The position numbers and the translations under genes are program-made. This document shows positions 6,901-15,636 of a stretch of 36,705 nt of DNA, one piece after another. Position 1 is the first letter of the stretch, and every line of letters starts with the position of its first letter. Location: the IMG/VR virus record IMGVR_UViG_3300008255_000259, positions 1 through 36,705 of that record; one strand, given 5' to 3'. This DNA comes from a virus (taxonomy: Duplodnaviria; Caudoviricetes). The notes beneath the pieces were generated by a model. That model saw only the letters and a list, made by a program, of their open reading frames with translations. It was not told where the DNA came from and did no database searches.

Positions 6901-9900
6901 CCACGAAAACCACGGACAGCCTTGGCAACCAACACGGTCAAATTTTTGTCGGCCACAGAAGGATCAGGGTCGCCAGAAGGGTGATTGTGCAACAGGAAAT
7001 AGCCATCTGCGCCGGTTTTCACCATTGTGGCGCGCATAAAGTAAAATGCCTGTTCGTCTGTTCTTGATCCATCAATTGAAAATGGAACGCTCGAAACATC
7101 GCGCGTCGAAATGCCTGTTGTATGAACGATTTCGCTGCCCTTGGTATAAAAAATGCGCAGCGTTTCATATCGCGGATCGCGGAACACTTGCGCTATTTGC
7201 GCCATCTCCTGCGCAGAGCCGACATTTCTTCCGAGGAGAGAGGCCGTTGATTTCGTCTGTATCTCGCGAGCGATACCCAATCCTCGAAGCTGTCCCCTCG
7301 CAAGAACGGGAGAATTGGACCGTCCAGCACGGTCATTTCCAGCTTCGGTTCTTCGTGCCGATCCAAGAGGTCGATTACCTTGCCCATCATCCGGCACCGT
7401 AGCATTTTCAGGAGCCGATGTCAGCCCATCACCTTCAGGCCGTCCCGTTGCGAGAAGATCAGGCTGCGCTTCACCATCCAGGGCCACCCGCGATTGCTCC
7501 AAGAGCGAGGCGGGAGAAGGTAGCTCTGGCGCATTGCCAAAGATGTCACTGCCTTGGGAAATTGCGTCTTTGACCCGTTCAGCGCGCGCCACGTAATCAA
7601 TCAGAGCATCAGCAATCTTTGTGCCAGAGCGCGGGCGCTTGAATTCTTCGTCACGGAAAAACAGGCGCAAAACCTGTTCGGTTTCAGGAGAAGTGCGGTC
7701 AGAAAAAGCGTCAATTTGGGCAAGCATCCCGGCAATGGATTGCCCTGCTTCACGCGACCGCGCCACCATTTGCGCAGCTTTGGAAATATCGCCTGTCACA
7801 TCATATTGCGCTGGCAGATCGCCAGCAGCGATTGAAGCCTTCAGGCGCGCAAAGGCTGGAGCCGCTTCAGTGAGAGCCTTACCAATCGCAACAACATTGC
7901 TGTCTGCGTCTTCCGTGATCCGAGCGACAACATTGGTGTCGCCGTATGCCTTGGAAAGCAGGGCCGATTGAATGCGGCGAATGCCGTCCACACTCAAGGA
8001 GCCATCGGGCGCAGTCATGGCATTGCGTTCAGAAGGCGAAACACTCTGCACAAAGTTGCGCACAAAATCACGGTTTGCCGCAGCAGTGAGCGCGCCCCCA
8101 CGATAAAGAGAAAGCGCCGCATTGCTCAAATTTCCAGCGTCAGCCGCAGCCTGTTCGGTGGATGACATGGCCATAGTATCGCGCTCATTCGCCGCGCGCG
8201 TCCAGGCAAGGCGCTGTTCAGGTGTCATGGGAGTATTGCGCCGCCGAACCAAGATAGGCCGCGCCATGCCGGTTGTGTCAAAGCCTTGGCTTTCGATCAT
8301 CTGGCGATATGCAGCCGCGCCTTGTGGGTTTGTCTGATAGGCCCGCTCAATCGCGAGCGTGCGGCCATTGCCGCTTTCAACCATGCCGTCAGGACCGATA
8401 ATCGGCGCGCCGGTTGAGGCAAGACGACTGTCTGCGAGCTGCGCAGGATCAAGGTTCCCCGCAATCTGTGCAATCTGTGCTTCAGAAGAGCCGCGCGCAG
8501 CACGATCACGAGGCTGCAAGGCTTGCAGATAGGCAGGGTTGGCGCTTGTGGTAATGTCAGCAGCATCCACAACGGCGAATTGCGTATCTACCTTGTCTCC
8601 ACGCGCGGTTGTCACTTCGCTTTTCTGGCCAAGCCGCGCTTCAGGAATTTCGATAGGCGTTGGCGCTTCAATCGGCACTTTCGGAATATCAGCACGGCGC
8701 GCCAATTCCGGATTGTCTATAAGCAATTCGCCATCGGCACCAGGCACATCAGGAACGTCAAAATCAGGCACATCGAAGCCGCCGCCAGCAGCGCCAATAT
8801 CGACTTCGCTTCCCATCTTGCCAGCCGCCCAAGCCACCACATCGCTAGCAGTCTTGCCACGAAGAAAGGGGTTTGCGGCGACTGCGCCACGGCTAAGAAC
8901 TGTTTCAACTCTGGCATTGGGATTGGCGCGGTGAAGTTTCAAAGCGCCGCCGATCCCGGCGAAATGCGCAAGGTAAAGATTGCCTTCGGTTATCGGCACA
9001 CCGGCGCGCTTAAGGGCGCGCGCGTTGCCGCTTGTGAAGTCACGCATAAGCACGTCTTGAACGTCGCCATCGTTGCGCTTGGCGAGAATTTGCGCATCGC
9101 TCAAGCCCTGATCGCCGTAGCGCTGCTTATAGAGGTTCAGCCATGTGCCATCAATAAACTGATAGCGCCCGGTTGCGCTCGAATTGGGATTGCGCTCCGC
9201 GTCATTGCCGCTACTTTCTACACCCCGCGCGCGCGCCATATAGGCTTCAATTGCCGCATCGCCGGTAACAGGTTCGGGGCGGCCACGCTCCATGCGGCGA
9301 ACCGCTTCAATGCGCTCAAGTTCTTGTTGGCCACGCGCGCCAATCGCCGCATCGCCAGCGCTGTCCACATAGACCGTAGGCGAAGGAAGCGCGCGCATAG
9401 GCGGCAAATCGTCAATGCCTTGCCCGCCTTGCTCTTGACGCATGAAATCATCGAGAGAGCCTTCAAAATCCGGACCAGCAGCCGCAGGTTCGGCAGATGA
9501 GCGCGCACCGCCGCGCTTCGCCAAGGCAGCAGGAACACCAAACGCCGCGCCAGCAGGAACGCCGATAGCCGCACCTTGCAAGCCTTGACCAAGACCGGTG
9601 TCCAGATCAAAGCCCGTTTTCGTGCCAGCCGTCTCGGCAGTGTATTGCGCAAGGTTTTGGCCAAATTCAGTCCCGCCTTCGCGAGCTGCACTGGAAAGCA
9701 AGCCGCCGCTGCCAATGTTCCTTGTTGCGAACCGCTCAAGCGCCACTTCAGCAGCAGTCCCAGGAGAGGCTTTGAGAACGTCCAAAAACTGTGTTTGCCC
9801 ACGGCCATCATTTTCAGCCCGCGCCGCACCGCTTGAGCCACCCCGACTTGCAAAATAGGCATAAGGCGCGAGCGCAGCACCAAGCATATCAGGCGCAGAG

Positions 9901-10346
9901 CCAAGGACATTTTCAGCCGCATATCCAGCAAAGCCAGCCGGATCAGTGCCAACAAATCGCGCCAATGCTGAAGCGGTTTGCCCAAGTCCTTGCGCGCGCT
10001 CGACTTCCGTTCCACCTTCAGCCACGCCGCGAATGGCGCGAGAGCCGACAGCATCGCGAGCGTCGGCAAATCGGTCTATTGCATTGGCAGTATCCTCAAA
10101 GCCAACTTCCCGCGCAGCGCTTTCGCCAAGCCGCAAAAAGCCGCCGCCGATATTTCCAAGAGAATTGACAATGCGGATGCCGCTACGCTCAAGCACACCA
10201 CCCAAGCCGCTGCCCCCGCTCCCCATAGCCTCATCGCCGCCATTGAAGATGCCCTCAAAAGCGCCGCGTTGGCGAGCCGGTTGGATGGGCGGCAAATCAT
10301 CAATCCCGCCACCGCCCGCGATAGGCGGAAGATCGTCAATAGGCAT
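3951..10346 (-). CDS. 2131-aa ejection/polyvalent protein: lysozyme-like, DdrB/ParB-like and RadC/JAB domains plus helical C-terminus
   Basis: VESSG..ATGRYQF..LYLAHFAG (~8815-9260); LQPRDR..GAPII..ESGNGR (~7570-8630); HNHPSGDPDPSVAD (~6865-7240); last of three ejection-position genes. Confidence 0.85.
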   Translation of the reverse strand: MPIDDLPPIAGGGGIDDLPPIQPARQRGAFEGIFNGGDEAMGSGGSGLGGVLERSGIRIVNSLGNIGGGFLRLGESAAREVGFEDTANAIDRFADARDAVGSRAIRGVAEGGTEVERAQGLGQTASALARFVGTDPAGFAGYAAENVLGSAPDMLGAALAPYAYFASRGGSSGAARAENDGRGQTQFLDVLKASPGTAAEVALERFATRNIGSGGLLSSAAREGGTEFGQNLAQYTAETAGTKTGFDLDTGLGQGLQGAAIGVPAGAAFGVPAALAKRGGARSSAEPAAAGPDFEGSLDDFMRQEQGGQGIDDLPPMRALPSPTVYVDSAGDAAIGARGQQELERIEAVRRMERGRPEPVTGDAAIEAYMARARGVESSGNDAERNPNSSATGRYQFIDGTWLNLYKQRYGDQGLSDAQILAKRNDGDVQDVLMRDFTSGNARALKRAGVPITEGNLYLAHFAGIGGALKLHRANPNARVETVLSRGAVAANPFLRGKTASDVVAWAAGKMGSEVDIGAAGGGFDVPDFDVPDVPGADGELLIDNPELARRADIPKVPIEAPTPIEIPEARLGQKSEVTTARGDKVDTQFAVVDAADITTSANPAYLQALQPRDRAARGSSEAQIAQIAGNLDPAQLADSRLASTGAPIIGPDGMVESGNGRTLAIERAYQTNPQGAAAYRQMIESQGFDTTGMARPILVRRRNTPMTPEQRLAWTRAANERDTMAMSSTEQAAADAGNLSNAALSLYRGGALTAAANRDFVRNFVQSVSPSERNAMTAPDGSLSVDGIRRIQSALLSKAYGDTNVVARITEDADSNVVAIGKALTEAAPAFARLKASIAAGDLPAQYDVTGDISKAAQMVARSREAGQSIAGMLAQIDAFSDRTSPETEQVLRLFFRDEEFKRPRSGTKIADALIDYVARAERVKDAISQGSDIFGNAPELPSPASLLEQSRVALDGEAQPDLLATGRPEGDGLTSAPENATVPDDGQGNRPLGSARRTEAGNDRAGRSNSPVLARGQLRGLGIAREIQTKSTASLLGRNVGSAQEMAQIAQVFRDPRYETLRIFYTKGSEIVHTTGISTRDVSSVPFSIDGSRTDEQAFYFMRATMVKTGADGYFLLHNHPSGDPDPSVADKNLTVLVAKAVRGFRGHIVINSNKYAEINAKGNALTHDIEGAPDTEPAVQHSALSKVIRGFSDVVAIGKELQKPGYVTVIGTTSKGKVRVILDYDPAKTRSDKELAAIMRRIGRNSGASHIFLVGDRASLDVPVVKRALRDKIILSAIDTDGKEIYQYHAGRRKPIPEGLVRQVKEGSEGPYDPDYGMDRQRRLERDEAERLGITPLQAKRRMEARDFIRRSDPRAAKIMDLRENPAPFIREKLIDGDGLKRDAKAIRKIVGNPRETLKSVGRSGFADVGRWAFYTMDSRMRQMAERYNSAAINDLADIFHSRAGKMDKAVGETYHEAVDREGFGRASKAWQILAPFQGDKSAMERIGLMLRDPSRRSSGKATEVKAAADIAALLKDTIDYRKKAGEDIGEVTDGYFPRWMNVEKVITKQDLFRQRAEQLYQRHGLDADAAKAAASAWMARIVDQYAGLDGGLEYASLFRDTRPAGVGRKTTKAREFGKDADKLLGDFYQNDTGEVITAYMIGAARKAEEARRFGIEGDGRPKLRAMMERIKKQVRESGEDAGEALDVLAKMVNTNLGRIDTAPGSWRNTASLLQTASQLGTLDRATYTSLSEAMMGFVRAGPKYGLPMLRNTARQFARQLRNAPPDEAQRMAEALGIATDVMVSEALAARSGYEMSTMTRRAQKVQQGFFRATGLHQWTEGSRIEATRMGQKFVSDLAADLDGPRAAQSAGYLRELGVKNPKEFAAWLRESGGPSPEAIGSADADMMTQQYRTALMRFVNQTIMKPSRAEKPSWASHPVGSLFFSLMSFSYGYKKNVLDRIYRTSKEAIKTKDPTLLYPAFGMAGLFAVHSVLNSIIRPMIFGGGREEEEDEGTLEGLALDALEAADRAGITGAASRPLNALWGLRYRQGIIESMMGPVIGRPADLIEKTYSLATDANSKNTNSAERAAAGALYDVVLEPAFEAYAIGRLNKTGAAAAVWGSGNREGGVLPSDREFFIEAVAGEKAN

Positions 10347-11338
10347 TAGTTGACCGTATAACCATTTTGACGCAGGTGCGCGCGCGCTTGCTCGACAGAG
10401 ACACCTTCGCGCTGCGCATATTGCTGCAATTCAGGACCTGATACAGTCCGAGGCTGTTGCTGTTGCTGCGCAGGCCGCTTTGTTACAACCGTGCGTTCCG
10501 GTGACGCCGGAATATCAGTCCCGCCAAACCCCAAGAAACCACCTTCAGTGCGAGCCTCTTGGCCAGGATATTTTACCGTTTCCGTGACCGTCCCTGCATT
10601 GCCGCCACCAAGCCGCGCCATTTCGGTTTCATATTGATGACGCAGCCCAAGCAGCCGTTCCGCTTGCGCAAAATCATTCTGTTGCATAGCTATGCGCGCT
10701 TGGCGATCAGCCGCCGACGACTGTGCACGCAGGGTCGCAATTCTCATTTGCGTTTCTTGGCCACTCAAGGCTTGCTCTCTGGAATAATCTTGACCGCGCA
10801 AAATGATACCTTCGCGCGCCATATTGGAGCGTTCCTCTTCAGAAATCCGGCGATCAGCCTGGTCAATCTGGCGATCACCTTGGCCCATTTGCCGATCAAA
10901 ACGGCCATCTTCGCGCGAGGCGTTGTAAACCTGCATTGCCGCTTGCGGATTTTTCATAAACAGTTCCGCAAGGCGCGGATCATCTGTGCCAAGAAGGTTG
11001 GCAAGGCCAGCGCCAAGTTCGCGCTTTTCCACCATAGGGCCATAGATAGGGTCGGCGCCGCTGCCAATCAGCAAAGCATCGCCCAGCTTGCCAATGAATG
11101 AGCGAAACCCGCTATCTTGCTTTGCTGCGTATGGAGAAGGCGCTGAAGGCATGGATGCAACGCCACCGCCGATGGATGGAGCTGGCGCAGCACCATTTAT
11201 GCCGACAGGAGCGGGGGCCATTGGCATTTGAGCGGGATTACCAGGGCGCTCCATGCTTGTAGTGCCCAGCATTTGCCCAAGCGCGTTAGAGGCTTGCGGA
11301 TTGGTTGCCTGAAGCGAAAGAAGATCGTTGATATTCAC
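10346..11338 (-). CDS. Putative ejection (internal virion) protein
   Basis: Q/A/G/M-rich and helical; occupies the middle ejection-gene position of P22-like phages. Confidence 0.65.
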   Translation of the reverse strand: MNINDLLSLQATNPQASNALGQMLGTTSMERPGNPAQMPMAPAPVGINGAAPAPSIGGGVASMPSAPSPYAAKQDSGFRSFIGKLGDALLIGSGADPIYGPMVEKRELGAGLANLLGTDDPRLAELFMKNPQAAMQVYNASREDGRFDRQMGQGDRQIDQADRRISEEERSNMAREGIILRGQDYSREQALSGQETQMRIATLRAQSSAADRQARIAMQQNDFAQAERLLGLRHQYETEMARLGGGNAGTVTETVKYPGQEARTEGGFLGFGGTDIPASPERTVVTKRPAQQQQQPRTVSGPELQQYAQREGVSVEQARAHLRQNGYTVN

Positions 11339-11997
11339 TGTTGAGCCTCCGCAAATTTGGCAAGATCGACTGTGCGAAAACCGTTGATGCGAGGGCCAGC
11401 CGCTTGAGGCAGTTTCTCCGCAACTTCATCAGCCATGATGCCATGATGAAGTTCGCCATCTGGATCGCTCTTGTAGCGGAACGTATAAGTCCCGATTGAT
11501 CCGGTTGGCGTAATATCGGTTTTCAAATCGGGATCAGAAAAGAGCGCAAGGGCAGAGCCAAGCGTTCCAGCAATGCCTTTGCTTCCACCAACATTTTGTT
11601 GTCCAGCATTGGCAATCAGACCGCCCGCACCAAGAGAGAGGCGGGAAAGATCAGTAAATTGCCCCATAGCTTCGCCCATCTTTGTGCTGGCCAAGCCGGA
11701 GCGATAATCCTCCATCCCCTTCATCGCCGCGCCTGAATTCGCCAAGCCGCGAGAACGATACATTGCGTCAACACCATCAAGCCCCTGATTGAGCATGAAG
11801 TTGCCGCCGCTGCTATTCCACCAATCAGAAAGAGCCGATGAGCGCGCTTCAGAACCGCCAAGCCCCAAGATATTTGCCGCCGCGCTCATGCCTTGAACAC
11901 CAGGCTGAACCATTGGGGTAAATTGTTGGTTGATTTGGTCAGCAAAGCGATTGTCGCTTTTAGGCTTTGACCCGAATAGCGTAGAAAACAAGCCCAT
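11335..11997 (-). CDS. gp7-like ejection protein with C-terminal peptidase S74-type chaperone domain
   Basis: RGLANSGAAMKGMEDY Gly/Ala-rich core; FSDPDLKTDI...YTFRYK...GIMADEV...GFRTVD. Confidence 0.75.
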   Translation of the reverse strand: MGLFSTLFGSKPKSDNRFADQINQQFTPMVQPGVQGMSAAANILGLGGSEARSSALSDWWNSSGGNFMLNQGLDGVDAMYRSRGLANSGAAMKGMEDYRSGLASTKMGEAMGQFTDLSRLSLGAGGLIANAGQQNVGGSKGIAGTLGSALALFSDPDLKTDITPTGSIGTYTFRYKSDPDGELHHGIMADEVAEKLPQAAGPRINGFRTVDLAKFAEAQQ

Positions 11998-12055
11998 GAG
12001 TGCCGATCCGATTGAAATGGGAATGGCGCTCAAGCCGAGGCGAGCGAGTAATTGC

Positions 12056-12083
12056 CCTATATCACATCATTCGCAGACAGCAA
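12056..12083 (-). promoter_or_regulatory. Candidate promoter for ejection and lysis genes
   Basis: TTGCTG-N16-TATAGG; shares GATG-N3-TATAGG with the coat promoter. Confidence 0.45.
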
Positions 12084-12108
12084 AGCCTCTTGCAAAAACC
12101 CTGCACAC

Positions 12109-12969
12109 TTAGATTGTGACCTTTCGCGCTCTGACAGCGCAATCAGATAAGCTGGAAGTTTGCACGTGAATTGTCATCGTGCCCACCAAATCAACGCTGA
12201 TATTCCGAACGTTTCTAGGCGGCACTTTGTTATAATCAAATCGAGAAAATACGAAATTTTCGCTTGCCGCTTCAACCATTGCAGTCAGTTCCAGAAGTGT
12301 CCTGTTGCTGAAATCTTGAGAGGAATCCTGACCAGATGCTGCAAGCACACCAACGGAAGGAGAAAACCTATAAAGAACAGCATTGCCATCTGACTGACTT
12401 CTTGCATTGTATCCGTTGGTTCCATCGCCCAAGAATATCCCCGCATCGGCAGTCTTGGTTTTTGCAAAGTAGCCCTCAATCTCAAGCCGCTCCCCAGCCG
12501 CTAAAGCGAAAGTCGTTGTTGCCGGGAACAACCCGGCGATGCCATACGCAGTTTCCGAAGCACCAAATGCAAGGTCAGTCCATGCTCCTCCCAAGTCTCC
12601 CCCGCCTCCGCCACCACCAGAACCATTTGCCGCCGCCGTCAGCCTTCCTTGCTGATCTACGGTGATGTCAGCGTTAGTGTAAGAGCCGGGGACAACAGCC
12701 GTATCCGTAAGCGCAACATCATCAGAACCAACAGAAATTCCGGTTCCAGCTCCGACAGTGAGCGTGCGATTTTCCGCAAGAGAGCCGCCGCCTGTCAGAC
12801 CATCACCGGCAATTATCAGCGTTGCCGCATCAGCCTTGCCCTGTTCAAGCGTGTCCTGATTGCCAAAAAGCTGCTGCCACCATTGCGAGAATTCACGACT
12901 TGGCGTGCCCGTTTTTGGATCGACAATCGGCATTCCGATTGGAAGAGGGGGGATGCCATCAAGGGGCAT
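12109..12969 (-). CDS. Tail needle/spike-like protein with distinct C-terminal domain
   Basis: N-terminal [22 protein letters not shown]; [19 protein letters not shown] fibre motif; poly-Gly linker; AT-richer C-terminal domain. Confidence 0.65.
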   Translation of the reverse strand: MPLDGIPPLPIGMPIVDPKTGTPSREFSQWWQQLFGNQDTLEQGKADAATLIIAGDGLTGGGSLAENRTLTVGAGTGISVGSDDVALTDTAVVPGSYTNADITVDQQGRLTAAANGSGGGGGGGDLGGAWTDLAFGASETAYGIAGLFPATTTFALAAGERLEIEGYFAKTKTADAGIFLGDGTNGYNARSQSDGNAVLYRFSPSVGVLAASGQDSSQDFSNRTLLELTAMVEAASENFVFSRFDYNKVPPRNVRNISVDLVGTMTIHVQTSSLSDCAVRARKVTI

Positions 12970-14939
12970 TAGCGAATATCCATGCTATCAATTCGGGCAA
13001 GGCAATTGTCAGTAATCTCGAACAGCCGACCAGGCGCAACCACAAGGCCAAGGGAGCGCCATGCAAATTCTTGTGTGTAATCGCCCTGAATTACTGCAAT
13101 GGTGCCTTGGTCAATCCATGTGTTTTCAGCGTCATCGCTTGTCCGAAGAGAAATGACAGGCGCGGCCAGAGAAAGACTTTCCCGGCCCTTCACAGCCGTC
13201 AAATAGACTTCATTGCATTGCGCAGTGTTGCGCATTCTCATGGCGACGCCACCCATTACAACCCGGTCAAATGCCATTTCGGTTTCATCAACAGGGTTTT
13301 CGTCATAGGACAATTCAGGATCAACAAACCACAGCATGCCATAAGCATCATCACCTGCAACCATATTGATGTTTACGCCATTGAGGCCAAGGGCATTGCC
13401 GCCAATCCCGGTCCAGTTGATACCCAAGCGCGCGCGCCAAATATTGCGTTCAGGACTATCCCAGCGCGCCCATTGCATTGTTGCCAGATCAAAGGCTAGC
13501 GTTGCTTGCTCGCCAAGCTGAAGCATATAGAAGCTGTGCCCATCCAAGTGCATCGGCCATGCAACAACGCGCGGATTGTCTATCCTTCCAAGAACGACCG
13601 AGCGCACCAATCCTTGGGATACGCGAATTTGCTGATTATTCGCTTGAGCGGTGACGCGCGTGACAGTTTGTGTGATCCGGACGCCTTCAGCCGGAAAATT
13701 GAAGACTGTTCGCACATTGGCTTGAGAGATAGTTACAGCCGGAGAGATTGCCCCTGAAACCGTGCGATTGGTCGCTTGCGAAACCCGTATTTCCGCAGCA
13801 GGCGAAGCGCTCTCGGCTGAAAAAATATCAGAGCCGGTTTCTTGCGCAGCCATTGTGCCCGACACATCGAGCGCGCCCGATCCGGAGAATGTGTCATTGC
13901 CAGCCTCTTGGGCCGCCAGTAAGCCAGAAACGTCAACCGTGCCCGAAGCGCTTGCTACATCAGCCCCAGCCTCTTGCGCGGCCATTGTTCCCGAAATGCC
14001 GCCGCCAGCAGAGCCGGTTGCTGAAAAATCGTCAGAGCCGCTTTCTTGAGTGGAGAGCGCGCCAGAAACATCGACCTCACCAGAAAGGCTTGCAGTGTCA
14101 GAGCCGCTTTCCTGCGCCGCCAGCGTGCCGGTGACACCGCCGCCACCTTCAGCCGTAACGACAAAATCTCCAGACGCGGTGAACGTATGAATAGTATTGC
14201 CGCCGCTGGTCGTGATCGTCCCGCCTGTTGCGGTAAGATCACCTGTCGGGTATGCGATGATAACGACGCCATCGCCACCGTCTCCGCTTGGGCCGGTGTC
14301 GTTCCGGGCTAGACCTGCACCACCACCACCAAGGCCGTCTGTGCCGTCTCCGGGAGTTGCCCCGGAATTGCCGCCGCCGCCAAGCCCGCCTGTTGCTGCG
14401 TAGATACCTTGGGAAACGCCAGCACCGCCGCCGCCGTAATAAGTAGACGAACCGCTTATGCTTGAGGCAACGCCATCACCGCCGTTGCCGCCTGCGTTAA
14501 GTGCCCCGTCTGCGCCCGCTACGCCAGCACCGCCCCCACCACCGCCAGAACGACCCGCCGCACTAGAACTGGGAAAACCATCCCCGCCGTCATTGCCTTG
14601 CCCGCTTGTTCCTGCCGCTCCCAGTGAGGTTTCTCCGTCAGAGCCACCAAAGCCACCGCCCCCGGAGCCGCCGGTCGTCGGTGGATTGCCGCGAGAGCCA
14701 CCGCCGCCACCGCCAATAGCGGTCAAGCTGAATACAGAGCTGCTTACACCGCTGTTGCCCGCGCCTGTAGAAACACCGGCCCCCCCGGTCCCTACAACAA
14801 CAGGATAGGTAGCAACGGACGCCGAGAATGTTCCAGCAAGGACGCCACCAGCACCGCCCCCACCACCGGAGCCGTTGCCGTTGTTCCCGCCGCCAGCACC
14901 ACCGCCGCCGACAATTAGATAATTAACAGTAGTGGGCAT
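12969..14939 (-). CDS. Fusion protein: Gly-rich domain, AAQE repeats, IRVSQ repeats and C-terminal half of a P22 gp10-like tail hub
   Basis: [19 protein letters not shown] Gly-rich domain; C-terminal [32 protein letters not shown]. Confidence 0.75.
   Translation of the reverse strand: MPTTVNYLIVGGGGAGGGNNGNGSGGGGGAGGVLAGTFSASVATYPVVVGTGGAGVSTGAGNSGVSSSVFSLTAIGGGGGGSRGNPPTTGGSGGGGFGGSDGETSLGAAGTSGQGNDGGDGFPSSSAAGRSGGGGGGAGVAGADGALNAGGNGGDGVASSISGSSTYYGGGGAGVSQGIYAATGGLGGGGNSGATPGDGTDGLGGGGAGLARNDTGPSGDGGDGVVIIAYPTGDLTATGGTITTSGGNTIHTFTASGDFVVTAEGGGGVTGTLAAQESGSDTASLSGEVDVSGALSTQESGSDDFSATGSAGGGISGTMAAQEAGADVASASGTVDVSGLLAAQEAGNDTFSGSGALDVSGTMAAQETGSDIFSAESASPAAEIRVSQATNRTVSGAISPAVTISQANVRTVFNFPAEGVRITQTVTRVTAQANNQQIRVSQGLVRSVVLGRIDNPRVVAWPMHLDGHSFYMLQLGEQATLAFDLATMQWARWDSPERNIWRARLGINWTGIGGNALGLNGVNINMVAGDDAYGMLWFVDPELSYDENPVDETEMAFDRVVMGGVAMRMRNTAQCNEVYLTAVKGRESLSLAAPVISLRTSDDAENTWIDQGTIAVIQGDYTQEFAWRSLGLVVAPGRLFEITDNCLARIDSMDIR
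13808..14138 (-). repeat. Five 22-24 aa coding repeats, consensus (V/I)SGx(L/M)AAQExGxDx(F/A)SxSG
   Basis: Visible in the translation of 12969-14939. Confidence 0.85.
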
Positions 14940-14950
14940 AGATCAGCCCT

Positions 14951-15238
14951 TTATGGCTTTGCGGTCAAGTTGCCAGTGATGGTAGTGTAAAGCAGGATTG
15001 CAAACTTCAAATTGCCTTCCATTGTTTCCAGGCATCGGATGCGTATTCTAGGCTGGTCCCGATTGATAATATCTGTGGAAGGCGGTGCCTCTGATGTGTC
15101 GTCAGAAATACCGTGGGCGACCCATCGGTAAATCTTTGCCAAGCGTTTCTGTTGAACAGAAAGCGAGGGATTGTCGGTTTTATCGACATACTTGTAGCAG
15201 TCCAAACGAAGGAAAGCATCTTCTTGGTGAATGGCCAT
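14951..15238 (-). CDS. Hypothetical protein in the tail cluster
   Basis: AAGGA RBS; fills the gap exactly; no motif. Confidence 0.6.
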   Translation of the reverse strand: MAIHQEDAFLRLDCYKYVDKTDNPSLSVQQKRLAKIYRWVAHGISDDTSEAPPSTDIINRDQPRIRIRCLETMEGNLKFAILLYTTITGNLTAKP

Positions 15239-15249
15239 TTGGTTTATCC

Positions 15250-15624
15250 TTACGTGGCGTGCTGAATTGTTGCGCTGGAAAGCGTCACATCTTGACCGTC
15301 CGCAATGTTCACATTGTCAAGATTGATGTCCGCTCCTGAAGTGCCAACAGTGAGGCCGGTTATGTGTGCATTACCGCCACTCGTCTTGATCACCGCTTTG
15401 GTCGCATCCGTGCCAGCGCCAGCCGCAACCGTGCCTTGAACCGTTGCTGCGTCAAAGACGAGCGTCCAAGTGTCGCTTAAGATTGTGCCGCCCGCAGCAT
15501 CCAGGCCAAAAACGGCAAGCACCACATCGCCAGCAGATTGCAATTCGAGCGTGCCGTTGGCAAAATAATCGCGGGTTGCGGTCATGCGGTTAGTTTTCAC
15601 AGCGACGTTGTAAGTAACAGCCAT
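15250..15624 (-). CDS. Small beta-rich virion structural/fibre subunit
   Basis: TVGTSGADINLDNVNIADGQDVTLSSATI C-terminus typical of a recurrent phage structural family; AAGGA RBS. Confidence 0.7.
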   Translation of the reverse strand: MAVTYNVAVKTNRMTATRDYFANGTLELQSAGDVVLAVFGLDAAGGTILSDTWTLVFDAATVQGTVAAGAGTDATKAVIKTSGGNAHITGLTVGTSGADINLDNVNIADGQDVTLSSATIQHAT

Positions 15625-15636
15625 TTCATCAATCCT

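Noticed and set aside
7570-8630. ParB partition system implying a plasmid prophage
   Set aside because: The domain is embedded in a virion-type protein and I recognised no ParA or parS array.
4665-10353. Long plus-strand ORFs (4665-5936, 5970-7067, 8523-9500)
   Set aside because: Antisense shadows of the giant gene; no motifs and implausible composition.
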